NCBI GenBank assembly: GCA_050179755.1
Contig: JBFXEV010000001.1
Location: 1,449,994 to 1,513,993 of the forward strand
Source: Candidatus Babeliales bacterium
GTDB taxonomy: Bacteria; Babelota; Babeliae; Babelales; JBFXEV01
Length of the DNA: 64,000 bases
Direction: 5' to 3'
Positions 29,501 to 38,769 of this stretch are shown piece after piece. Position numbers and translations under genes: made by a program. Position 1 is the first letter of the stretch. Every line of letters begins with the position of its first letter. Below the pieces are notes generated by a model. The model was given only the letters and a program-made list of their open reading frames with translations. It did not search any database and had not been told where the DNA came from.

Positions 29501-32073
29501 TTGCGCGGAACATCCACCGCGTTAAGCACTATTGCTCGCATGCAATTGGGGTGATCTAACTGAGCACCTTTTTCTAAAGCTGCCTCGGATTCTTCTTCTC
29601 GATCTTCATATAATAGGTATCTACTTAAATAAAAATACGCGCTTGAAAGCGTTGCTTTACATAATCTCTGTAAATCCGCCAACTCTTTATGTGCGCAAGA
29701 AAGATCATATGCTTGTTGCGCATACTGTACAGCTGTTTGCAAATGTGCTTCTTGCGTATCAGTTTGATCAGAAAGTAATTTGCACGGCGTGAGAACATGC
29801 ACCATATGAATCATACATTTAATAAAAGCAAGTTGTGTTTGTGCCCGTAGTGAATAATCAGCTCCATTCAACGAGAAAATACGAGTAAGAGTCGTAGGCT
29901 CTTTAAATACACTTAAAATACGCTCCCACGTTGCAATTGGTTCAGTATCATAATCAAATTTTAAACATTCAATACAGAGCGTAGTAGTTAAGTGCAGTGC
30001 TCGCTGATACCCTTGAATTGAACTCGAAGAGCTCAGAAACAAACGCGCACCCCAATTAATCGCTCTTATGTCGCCTGCTCCTGTTGCCAAACCCATACCA
30101 TACTCAACAAATCTTATTAAAAGATCTCTTTCTTGCACTGGTAGCGATAGAGATTCAAGCTCTATAAATTTATCAACAGCCTCAGTATATTTTTTTTGGT
30201 CGATAAAACTCAGAATCCCGCGATAAAGCACCAGCGCCTTGCAAAAAGGCTCAGCCTCTTTAATACCGCCTTTAAAAGCTAACATTGCATTTTTGAATGA
30301 CTGTTCCAATAAATCACGTTGCGCCACGGGAATATTTTGTTGCTCTTGGCCTGTATAGGCTAAACGAAACAACAACCTGCTCAAAAGATATTTTGCTTTG
30401 GGATCATTTTGTTGCGTACTTAATTTTGTGAGTGCATCCGATATGCACTGACATTTGTCTTTTTGAGTAAATACATCTGCGGATGCTTCCAAAAATCGAG
30501 TTGCAATTTCGCAACAATACGCTGCAGTTTCTGCGGTTAGCGCATCGCCATCTTTTTTAATACGCTCTTGAACGTTCCATATGCAAGCATCTAATTGGCC
30601 ATCCCGCGCAAGATGTTCCAGCAAGTCTTTTGCTCGCTCACCAATCAAACGCTCCACATAAGATTCCTGCCGATTAGCAACCAGAAGCTCACCGCATTTT
30701 TTGATAACCAATGCCAAATTGCCCTGATGATAACTATCAATAATATCCGCAAAACTACTGATTGCTTGCATCAGTTCTTTTTCTATACACGTTTGCGTAT
30801 TACCCGTTTGCGCACATTTTTTAAGGTCTTCAAAAGCCATTTTGGCATCGGGCGCTAGTAAAAAGCTGGTCATTCGTCGCAGTAATTCAATGCTTGTCAG
30901 ATGCGCCCAAATACAGCAGGCAAGTGTATTATTATTTTTAACCATGCCTGCAACAAGATCTTGAATCCCAAATTCAGCGAACGCATGCTTTACCGCATCT
31001 GTTTCTGAAGCTCGTTGTTCATGGAGAATAGCAACAATAGCTTGCAAACCTTTTGTTCTCTCTCTCTTATCACTATTTTTTAAATCCTGTGCTACCAAAT
31101 AAGCACGCGCTCTTAACGCGCCATTCTGACCAATTCGTTCAAGTACCGCATGAGCAAGTTGTTTTACCTGCACAAGAGAATTATCTTGCGAGCTTTGAGT
31201 AAGTAATCCTAAAAGATTTGTTATTGTTTCTTGATCATAGGTTCTTTTACATGCTTCAACACCCTGCATGTAAACAGAAACGGCTTCAACCAGGGGTCTA
31301 AACTCCGGATGCACGTCAAGAGCCGTAAAATATTTTTGACATCGCTCAAATTGAGCACTTTGACTATCGAGCGTTTTTTCAAGGACTGCTCGCTTGCACG
31401 CTTCTTGAAGCAGGCGATATTGCGCATCAACAGAACCTTCTTGGGCCAACTGTTCCAGTAAAGGCATATAATGTACATCCACAAGCATCGTACGCTCTAA
31501 ATGCGCTAAATCTTTAAAGGAGGGATAATAGGAAACCAGTTTTTGCAAAGCTTGTAATTGATCATAGGCAAGACAATGTTGACCTTCAAGCATAAATCGA
31601 GCAAATGAAGCTGCATGTTCATAAGGGACTTCATGTGGCTTATACAACACCGCACGTTCTGTGGCTTTAAAAAATTCAATTGCTTCTTCTTTATTGCCAT
31701 CTTCCATCGCCAATGCACCAAGCGCATACAGTGATCGCGCATCACGATACAAACTTTTGCGTGTAATGACTTTACCATCTTTAATATCTTGCCGCAGCAA
31801 TGCAACTGGCTTTGCAAGTTCTTCTAATGCACCATTAACATCTTCACCTAAAAATGCAGACTTAAACTTTACTTCATGCAGTGCATCAAGATAACTTGTG
31901 CCGCTATGCATGCCATATTTTGGAAAAGGTCGCTGAACATTAGTAGTAAGTTGTGGCAAAACCCTATAAAACGCATCACGGTGCTGCACCGTAGCGTCTG
32001 TTTGCTGATCCATACCAAAACTATTATTACATAGTACCAAGAGAAGTGTTAAATACCAAGATGTGTTGTTCAT
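26590..32073 (-). CDS. Giant secreted alpha-helical repeat protein (Sel1/TPR-like), 1827 aa
   Basis: Signal peptide SFG/MD; recurring LAQEGSVDAQYRL, AAAQGSAQAQFLL, AKNGHIAAMQALG Sel1-like motifs. Confidence 0.75.
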   Translation of the reverse strand: MNNTSWYLTLLLVLCNNSFGMDQQTDATVQHRDAFYRVLPQLTTNVQRPFPKYGMHSGTSYLDALHEVKFKSAFLGEDVNGALEELAKPVALLRQDIKDGKVITRKSLYRDARSLYALGALAMEDGNKEEAIEFFKATERAVLYKPHEVPYEHAASFARFMLEGQHCLAYDQLQALQKLVSYYPSFKDLAHLERTMLVDVHYMPLLEQLAQEGSVDAQYRLLQEACKRAVLEKTLDSQSAQFERCQKYFTALDVHPEFRPLVEAVSVYMQGVEACKRTYDQETITNLLGLLTQSSQDNSLVQVKQLAHAVLERIGQNGALRARAYLVAQDLKNSDKRERTKGLQAIVAILHEQRASETDAVKHAFAEFGIQDLVAGMVKNNNTLACCIWAHLTSIELLRRMTSFLLAPDAKMAFEDLKKCAQTGNTQTCIEKELMQAISSFADIIDSYHQGNLALVIKKCGELLVANRQESYVERLIGERAKDLLEHLARDGQLDACIWNVQERIKKDGDALTAETAAYCCEIATRFLEASADVFTQKDKCQCISDALTKLSTQQNDPKAKYLLSRLLFRLAYTGQEQQNIPVAQRDLLEQSFKNAMLAFKGGIKEAEPFCKALVLYRGILSFIDQKKYTEAVDKFIELESLSLPVQERDLLIRFVEYGMGLATGAGDIRAINWGARLFLSSSSSIQGYQRALHLTTTLCIECLKFDYDTEPIATWERILSVFKEPTTLTRIFSLNGADYSLRAQTQLAFIKCMIHMVHVLTPCKLLSDQTDTQEAHLQTAVQYAQQAYDLSCAHKELADLQRLCKATLSSAYFYLSRYLLYEDREEESEAALEKGAQLDHPNCMRAIVLNAVDVPRKLKPMSKQEFEAHMKRLLRAYNMGDSYAGVILAQHYFDGSERTFACGYSLGQDRKTAYYLAQKLKEFKETKRILAQEELDKASNDRAHEEMHVRNAVTLLQEAVSAGCEESCAQLARLIDSPLCSSAQVEEIYEFIKQKAKVKLPSALRALGTLHARYPESTAQAIECFKEAIELSDGKHGVYELLEIFCKTPEVHLCGNNLFFAADLCLLLVHDITHLENIESHGLPFVLQVLPLLDLVDADADYKTEAATHYDELVVALRTLGIVASTEVVKKEEETEEMKKWRVLNGGEFQNEQGACVTFRTLVKEPTLATEEFLKNLCLIDVVFEDMASEKAQAICKDALLMRTLDAAAAQGSAQAQFLLSKMLSYEAEHDKALQADRESKRRHLQQALKCSGEAATSEPEQARHVAQFERNFESLFLFDQTIYIPYVQGNREALAVVFHELQPTLEHTNAGTIPGINSDKLRSLALQSVRILAFNGCVPALDNFVEKNLLSKNKKEMNDALEAIIRCMSFHELTLSDLQASGFYDVITKHIEYIKRLADTTNNGRAACIMMLWCSAHYGGADASNEDLAAVMSYGDKAKDSGYSTGIYHWWKDRLYCNAQMSDQMFSAALKALEGIAEQEAAAGELLLRLYGGSTLPCGKEVIPDRKRSKKLALSLKDRSTCALKRLVSFAREDGDFKKAIAYKFELIQRTHNASDDLYLELSQLCAGGYMYPDDLILFLEHKAKNGHIAAMQALGGLKAVQKKYDEAIKLFDRVIADGGRLSALAHLEMAFVHISKDSNVLKALEHIERGIEATVAKQFSKDIAIGTVQTFGMRLIKFMLDCLLTQKLEQREQANKVFEQLIDCMKQHNFYQSHSVEWRLMIATMHCINGSDYPLLLQHYEPLFLLLTNVKNMKSYCGFIGNAISLVVSRLHEDAQACKTTNPQRSHDIIKAVSKITHSLQKANIQYYMVVPEATFQKSITGAK

Positions 32074-32105
32074 GTAATTCTTTTAAATAAAATGTTGAAA
32101 ATATA

Positions 32106-33269
32106 TTAGCGACCTACTAACATAAAAAGTGCTTGCACAAATTGTTCAACTTGTGCCATAGTATTACCATAATAAAAACTTACACGCACTGCGCCAGCAA
32201 TGCCCCATTTGCGCCACATTGGTTGCAAGCAAAAATCTCCTGCGCGCACACAAATATTTTTCGTATCAAGAAATGCCGCAATGTCATGAGGATGAAAGCC
32301 ATCAATGTTAAAACTGACCAAATGACCGTGCTGTGCAAGTTCTTGGTGGGGTCCATATATATGAACGCCAGGGATCTTTTTAAGGCCTTCAAGTGTTGCA
32401 CGGCACAACGATGCTTCAAGTTGCTGCTGCACACTACGATCTGTTGATTCTATAAGCGTTATTGCTGCACCCAAGCCAATCACTTGCGCAATGGGTGGCG
32501 TTCCGGCTTCAAACTTGCGTGGTGCGGGCAAATACGTTGCGCTGTGCCAATCAGCACGGTATACCATGCCACCACCAAGTTCATAGGGTGGCGTTTCATC
32601 ATGCAATTCTTTTTTAATATAAAGTATACCAACACCTGTAGGCCCCAGCATTTTATGCGCTGAAAACACTAAAAAGTCACATTGTAGCTTTTGTACGTTT
32701 ATTTGCTGATGTGGCACCGATTGGCATGCATCAATCAGCATTTTAGCACCAACACGCTGAGCATGCTTGGTAATTTGCCCTATATCATTGCGCGTACCCA
32801 AGCCGTTAGAAACATGTACCACCGCAATTAATTTAGTACGCTCAGTAACGAGAGTTTCAAGCGCTTTATATTCAAGCGTGCCATCAGATAAAATGGGTAT
32901 AAATTTTAGAATCGCACCCGTACGCTCAGCAACACGCTGCCAAGGGAGCAAATTCGAGTGATGCTCCATTTCTGTCAATAAAATCTCATCGCCCTTTTTA
33001 AGATGTGCCATTGCCCACGTGCTAGCTACTAAATTAATTGATTCAGTAGCTCCCTGTGTAAACACAATTTCAGCAACATGTCGTGCATGCAAAAACCGCG
33101 CTATCTGCGCGCGCACGCCTTCGTAGCGCGCGGTTGCTTGCTCGGCAAGTTGATAAATACCACGATGCACCGGCGCATATTCATGCAGATAAAAGTGGGA
33201 AATGGCATCCACCACCGGTTTTGGCGTTGGGCTAGATGCTGCATTATCAAAATAAATAGAGTGTTTCAT
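32106..33269 (-). CDS. sufS: SufS-type cysteine desulfurase
   Basis: YFDNAAS, VHRG, MEHHSN, SAHKMLGPTG (PLP Lys), FEAGTP, VRAGDFC. Confidence 0.93.
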   Translation of the reverse strand: MKHSIYFDNAASSPTPKPVVDAISHFYLHEYAPVHRGIYQLAEQATARYEGVRAQIARFLHARHVAEIVFTQGATESINLVASTWAMAHLKKGDEILLTEMEHHSNLLPWQRVAERTGAILKFIPILSDGTLEYKALETLVTERTKLIAVVHVSNGLGTRNDIGQITKHAQRVGAKMLIDACQSVPHQQINVQKLQCDFLVFSAHKMLGPTGVGILYIKKELHDETPPYELGGGMVYRADWHSATYLPAPRKFEAGTPPIAQVIGLGAAITLIESTDRSVQQQLEASLCRATLEGLKKIPGVHIYGPHQELAQHGHLVSFNIDGFHPHDIAAFLDTKNICVRAGDFCLQPMWRKWGIAGAVRVSFYYGNTMAQVEQFVQALFMLVGR

Positions 33270-36200
33270 TTTTTCTTTTTATCGGTAAATAACGTCATTT
33301 TTAATTTAATATCTGAGCCTAGTACTAATGTATTGAGTCGCTTCATTTGCAGATTACTTTCTGCTATTTGCGCGCGTTCTGAAGGATCCAACCCTTGTAA
33401 TACACTTGTATGTTTTGCCAATAATAATTTAAGAGCATTTGTTATATAATATACATCGCCTTCATGAGGCTGTATTTTGTGGAACTCAAAAACCCGCTCA
33501 AACGTATCTACTATTTTTTTAAAATCAAAAGTACTCATTGCACATTGATTAATTATGTGAATGCAAAGGAATTCAACCGATTCATAACCATCTGTAATAA
33601 ATTCTTCTCCATATCTTACCAACGTATCCATTGCCCTACTCACCTGTATTTTAAGCTTTTCATGACGTTGTGATTGGGCAAATTTTTCAAGTTCAAGCAA
33701 TCGATGGGTACATTGGTTAACAACATTTGCAACAGTTTGTATCTCAAACCGCATTTCCTTTATATGGTTCATACATATTGCAAGATATGTTAATGCGCGT
33801 TCTATATCAAGCCCTGCAAATTGAGGATTCAAATAAATTTCTACCAATTCCATACTTGCCTGCGCAAAACCATCTGCCAAAAGATCTGTACACCAGGCTA
33901 TAGCTTTTTCATATTCTTGACGCGCTACCCACACACCACACAAAGCACGCAGCATGGTGACTTTGCCCTTTTTAGATTCAACTTGTGCGTATTCTTCTAG
34001 TTTTTTCGGAAATCGTTTATATTCCACACAAAATTTCAACATATCATCAAGCGTAAATAAACCAATCTGATACAGCCTAAACGCATAATCAAAAAATGCA
34101 TCCAAGTCATTTTCTTCTTGAGCAAGAGTAGCAAGCGTCATTAATGCAGCGCCACTATTATTTTTCCATCTGAGCGCTAATTCTTTTGCACGCGCCATGT
34201 CTTTACTAACCCTAAATCTACAAGGTAACACCATGCCATCTCTATACATTTTTATCACAAAATGAATCACTCCGTAGCTAGGACTATCTGTAAGACCGTG
34301 ATTGCGCACATAACATTCAAGCTGCGCAATGAGTTCAGCACACTGCTTTGCTGATAATGTGGAGTCTCTTAAAAGATACGTCATATGCAATATCGGTTGT
34401 GCTTCAATGCAACCTTGCCGCACCGATTGCTCAAGGTAAACCAACGAATATCTTTGATTATTATTTTTATCTAGTTTTTTTGCTTTATGTTCCATCCAAC
34501 ATGCCACAATAAAAGAAGCATGGCCGTTGCCTGTAGTTGCAATTTTGTTAATATCTTCAATATGAGAATCCAAACACGCTTCCACACCGCTACTTTCCCA
34601 TTCTTCTTCGCGCATTTGTGATAGCGCATGGCAGCCTCTAAAGACTACTTGCACTGATTCTTGTTGCACTTCTGGCACAACATCTTTAAATTGCGTTGCA
34701 AGCACTAATTTCATTGCTTGCACGCACCCACAAGAGGCCAAATTGCGAATGCAATGCGCCGCTTCTTGTTTAATACTCATTATTTCTTGTTCTGGTAAAT
34801 TACATACAAGTAAGACTTCAAGAGTTTTATTTATAACTCCCAAACCACCATTCAAAGATTCTTGATCAAACGCTACTTGTGGTATTAATACGGTTCTATA
34901 ATAGTGATATAATTCATAATAACTTGCAATAAGTTGATTCTTATAATTTTCATTCTTTACATCGGCCGTTAGTGCTCGCGAAGCATAGTGAATTGCTTGT
35001 AAAAAATCATCACAGCGTTGTTGTTGCGCTTCGGGTTGTGCTGATCCATTCTTAGCTTTTTTTAAATAAAATAAACTAAGCGTATGCTGCGCATATGGAT
35101 TACTTTCTGCAAAATCCTGCATACGAGAAAATGCATTTGGATCAGTTTCCATAGCTTGTGCAATATCAACAGTCATCGATAAAGCAGTAGCTTCAAGTGC
35201 GGCCGGGCTTTCTGCTGCTGCTTGCACACTTGTTGTAATCTCAATACCAAGGCGCGCTAATTTTGTAATAATTTCTTCTCGCAACGTATCTGCCACAGCT
35301 TTATCATCCTGAGCTCCCTGATAGCCCAAAAGCGCACCCAGCACATTACCTATCACCTGCGATTGTTCCATAGGAGCACCTCCATCTCGTGCGCCTAGTT
35401 CAATCATGGCAAGGCAATGTTGTGCTGCTTTGCACGCGTTGCGTCTACAATATAAATTCGCAAGCTCCATATGGCCTAAACGACCGTCACTATAGCGTAT
35501 TGCATCTTCATAACTTTGAATTGCATATTCAATACGTCTTTGGTCTCGATCTGCAAGAAATATGCCAGCAAGAGCACATAACGCTTCCGGTATATGTTCT
35601 GCCGCTTTTTCTACTATAAAATCGTTTGCTATTTGGGCAACTTCTTGCGTAATCCATTCAGATAATACTATTTCTTCTAAATGGCGATATGCATGTTTTT
35701 GCCCATCACGTGCTGATTGCATTAAAAGCGTTACCGCACGAGAAAGATCAACTCTTCTCCCTTTATTTTTTGGATTTTGCACCACTTTATAAAATTCTAA
35801 AAATCCTAAAATGCGCGCCGTTTGGGGATATACGTCACCCAGTGCAACTGCTAGTTCAAGTGCTCGCTTTAAATCTTTTTCAATATGATTACCACACGCA
35901 AAACGAGTCAAGCGGCCATCATAATAATGTTCTGCTAAAATTGCACCAGCTTGCTTATCACCCAATTCATAGGCACGTTCAAGCATGAGAACATGAGCAT
36001 CGAATGTTTGCTTATCTAAGCAAACAGCAGCTTCTCGAGGTTGTTCTAACGCTAGCATTGCACATGCACGCATACAGGTAGGGTATTCCAAACCTGCGCT
36101 TTCAGCTAACAACGATTTCGCTTTTTCTATTTGGCCATTGCGCAAATACGCTTGACTGCGCACATAATTTATCTTATCTAATAATTTCCAAGCTCTCACA

Positions 36201-38761
36201 GCCCTTGGAGCAGGAACACCATCTTGAAAAGCTTTTTTACAATAAGCAGTCGCTTTTTCAAGCAACTGAGTTTCAGTACTTTGATTATCGTCAATAAAGC
36301 GACAGGGCACCAATGCTTGCACCACATAACAATGTGCTAATAAATAAGCTATAGGATTATGCAAACCTTTATATTTACTGTTTTCTAATGTTTTTTCAAT
36401 TTTGGCAACAATAGAAAATTGCCTGAAAGGTTCAAATGATGTTTTAAAATCACGTATTTGAGAATAATCTACACCAAGAAAAGCTTCAAACAGTTCTGTA
36501 CATATATGAACAGCATGATCAACTTTTTGTTTGTCATCTGAACATAACAAATCTGCTATATACCAAGGCCCTGCAATTTGATGATTCGCTTGCACATAGT
36601 GCATCATCTGATATTTTGCAAAAGCCTGCACTAATTTTCTTTCAGCAGATGGCAATTGAACCGTCAATAAATCCAATAATTGTTTTACTATAACATCAGC
36701 TTTTTTTGGAGCATCAGCTTGTTCAAGTAATGCCAAAATACCACGATACAACATCACTGCTCTAGTGAATTCCTGTACTTGCTTTTTTTCAGACCCTTGC
36801 TGTGCTGCATTTGGATCTTGGTTACTTTTTATAACTTCACCTGCCAATTTCACTACATCATCTAAAAGACTTCTATTCTCTACAGCCAACCCAGTTTGTT
36901 CACACCCTTCATGATATAATCTAAACAAAAGCCTACTTAATAAATATTTGGCTTGTGCATTGTTACTCCGCCTTGCAATATCATCGAGCGCCGTGCGTAT
37001 GCGCAAACAGGTATCATCTGCTGCACTGGGCGTTCGTTGTGCCAAATAAAGTTCACCTATTTGTATACCATATGCGATCGTTTCTTCTGAAAGCACTTCT
37101 TGTTCTGTATGCATGCGCTGCACTTTAACACAGCAAGCATCAACCTGTTTTTGTTCAACTAGTCTTTCAAGCAGTTGCTCGGCACGATCACGCATTGCAC
37201 AAGTTAATTGATCACCACCAAAAACTAAATTAACAATATCAATAAGTTGGCGCGCCGCTGTTGGTTTTTGTGCATAAAAATCAAAGACCGCTTGAGCAAA
37301 ACTTTGTATAATTTGCAAGGTATTTTTAAATTCGCTTTCTACCATCAAACCACTTTTTGCATAGCGCAGTATACGCTTATATGCTTCTCTTTGCTGAGTA
37401 TCATCTACCAATGCTTCATCGCTCAGCGCATTTTTGCAGGCCCATTCTGCCCAAAATGTGCATACAGTGGGCTGATTTTGCTCGGCCATGCGAACAAGGC
37501 TATCAAGCAGGCCAAATTCTTTGAGTTGTTGCTCCATACATCTATCATTTTGCTGCATGCATGTACGGACCAGAGCTTCTGCTTGTACAACAGCTTGCGC
37601 TTTTCTAGTCTTATTTTTGGAAGATAGTTGCTGTTGGACTCCAAAGCATGTTGCGCGTAAATCGCCAATTGTTGCAAGTTTATCCAGCAACTGCCTACCC
37701 AATTGCTGCACGTGCAAAATTACGGGTACATTAGAAGAGCTTGCTAATAACTCAATTAAACAAGCTGATGCAAGATCAAGGTTTTGTTCTTCGTATGCAC
37801 CTATAGCTGCCATATAACAGGTAAGTGCTTTGCCTAAATCACTATGCGTTGGATCTTGTACTAACGATGCACAATATGCCGCGAGCGGCCTTATGGCAGC
37901 CAGTTGCTTTTTTATTTTCTTTTCAAGTGCTTGTTCAAACAATGCGTTCACCATAGCCTGCTGCGCTTCAACATCACCTGCATCTGCAAGCTGTTTAATT
38001 GCAGGCAAATGCCCATCAGCTGCAAGTGCCGTACACAATAGGTGCGCTACAGGCTGCCAACAGGGATATAATAGTGCTTTATTTTGTAACAAGAGTAAAT
38101 TACTAAACGCTTGTTGATATTGCTCTTGCGACCAATAACGTGTGCATTGCGAAGCATAGAAAATAGGTTCTTCATGAGATCTATATTCATTGCATGTAAG
38201 TACTGCTTGACGTAATGCATTTTCAGCTTCAAAAACCTGACTTGCCTCAAGCAATTTTATGCCACGTGCAAAATCAATAAGAGGGAAATATTGCGTGCCC
38301 TTTTTTGTTACTAAAGAACCTGCAATTAATTCCGTACGTTGTGACGCTAAAGGCTCTGCAGCTTTTTCTAAAGCGATTATAGGATCATCACTTTGCAATG
38401 CTGCCTGGAATTTACATTCAAAGAGCGCATCATGAACACTTGTACCACTATGCATGCCATAACAAGGAATAGGCCGTTGTATAACCGTAGTAAGCTGCGG
38501 TAATAAAGGAGCCACTTCACTACCAAACAAAGAAGGGGTCATTTTTGTGCCAAAGGATCCTTCGACTCGCTTCGCTTGCTCCCAGCCTGCGCATAAAGGC
38601 CGCCCATCCTGAGCAGGTCGAAGGACGGCGGGCATAGCAGTATGAGCGGACTCAGGCAACATTGCAAGAACATCACTTGTGCATGTTAATAAGCCCAAAG
38701 TAAGACATGTTACATATGTAAAATGTGACATACTATAAGCATATTTCTTTATACCAGCCAC
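33266..38761 (-). CDS. Giant secreted alpha-helical repeat protein (Sel1/TPR-like), 1831 aa, paralog of 26590-32073
   Basis: Signal peptide VLA/ML; collinear shared blocks LPQLTT..QRP.P.YGMHSGTS, AKYLLSRLLFRL, CMRA, FACG. Confidence 0.75.
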   Translation of the reverse strand: MAGIKKYAYSMSHFTYVTCLTLGLLTCTSDVLAMLPESAHTAMPAVLRPAQDGRPLCAGWEQAKRVEGSFGTKMTPSLFGSEVAPLLPQLTTVIQRPIPCYGMHSGTSVHDALFECKFQAALQSDDPIIALEKAAEPLASQRTELIAGSLVTKKGTQYFPLIDFARGIKLLEASQVFEAENALRQAVLTCNEYRSHEEPIFYASQCTRYWSQEQYQQAFSNLLLLQNKALLYPCWQPVAHLLCTALAADGHLPAIKQLADAGDVEAQQAMVNALFEQALEKKIKKQLAAIRPLAAYCASLVQDPTHSDLGKALTCYMAAIGAYEEQNLDLASACLIELLASSSNVPVILHVQQLGRQLLDKLATIGDLRATCFGVQQQLSSKNKTRKAQAVVQAEALVRTCMQQNDRCMEQQLKEFGLLDSLVRMAEQNQPTVCTFWAEWACKNALSDEALVDDTQQREAYKRILRYAKSGLMVESEFKNTLQIIQSFAQAVFDFYAQKPTAARQLIDIVNLVFGGDQLTCAMRDRAEQLLERLVEQKQVDACCVKVQRMHTEQEVLSEETIAYGIQIGELYLAQRTPSAADDTCLRIRTALDDIARRSNNAQAKYLLSRLLFRLYHEGCEQTGLAVENRSLLDDVVKLAGEVIKSNQDPNAAQQGSEKKQVQEFTRAVMLYRGILALLEQADAPKKADVIVKQLLDLLTVQLPSAERKLVQAFAKYQMMHYVQANHQIAGPWYIADLLCSDDKQKVDHAVHICTELFEAFLGVDYSQIRDFKTSFEPFRQFSIVAKIEKTLENSKYKGLHNPIAYLLAHCYVVQALVPCRFIDDNQSTETQLLEKATAYCKKAFQDGVPAPRAVRAWKLLDKINYVRSQAYLRNGQIEKAKSLLAESAGLEYPTCMRACAMLALEQPREAAVCLDKQTFDAHVLMLERAYELGDKQAGAILAEHYYDGRLTRFACGNHIEKDLKRALELAVALGDVYPQTARILGFLEFYKVVQNPKNKGRRVDLSRAVTLLMQSARDGQKHAYRHLEEIVLSEWITQEVAQIANDFIVEKAAEHIPEALCALAGIFLADRDQRRIEYAIQSYEDAIRYSDGRLGHMELANLYCRRNACKAAQHCLAMIELGARDGGAPMEQSQVIGNVLGALLGYQGAQDDKAVADTLREEIITKLARLGIEITTSVQAAAESPAALEATALSMTVDIAQAMETDPNAFSRMQDFAESNPYAQHTLSLFYLKKAKNGSAQPEAQQQRCDDFLQAIHYASRALTADVKNENYKNQLIASYYELYHYYRTVLIPQVAFDQESLNGGLGVINKTLEVLLVCNLPEQEIMSIKQEAAHCIRNLASCGCVQAMKLVLATQFKDVVPEVQQESVQVVFRGCHALSQMREEEWESSGVEACLDSHIEDINKIATTGNGHASFIVACWMEHKAKKLDKNNNQRYSLVYLEQSVRQGCIEAQPILHMTYLLRDSTLSAKQCAELIAQLECYVRNHGLTDSPSYGVIHFVIKMYRDGMVLPCRFRVSKDMARAKELALRWKNNSGAALMTLATLAQEENDLDAFFDYAFRLYQIGLFTLDDMLKFCVEYKRFPKKLEEYAQVESKKGKVTMLRALCGVWVARQEYEKAIAWCTDLLADGFAQASMELVEIYLNPQFAGLDIERALTYLAICMNHIKEMRFEIQTVANVVNQCTHRLLELEKFAQSQRHEKLKIQVSRAMDTLVRYGEEFITDGYESVEFLCIHIINQCAMSTFDFKKIVDTFERVFEFHKIQPHEGDVYYITNALKLLLAKHTSVLQGLDPSERAQIAESNLQMKRLNTLVLGSDIKLKMTLFTDKKKK
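38559..38649. repeat. Composite family A palindromic repeat inside a coding sequence
   Basis: CCTTCGACTCGCTTCGC...CCGCCCATCCTGAGC..GTCGAAGGACGGCGGGC...ATGAGCGG; near-identical core at 59139-59258. Confidence 0.85.
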
Positions 38762-38769
38762 AGTATCCT

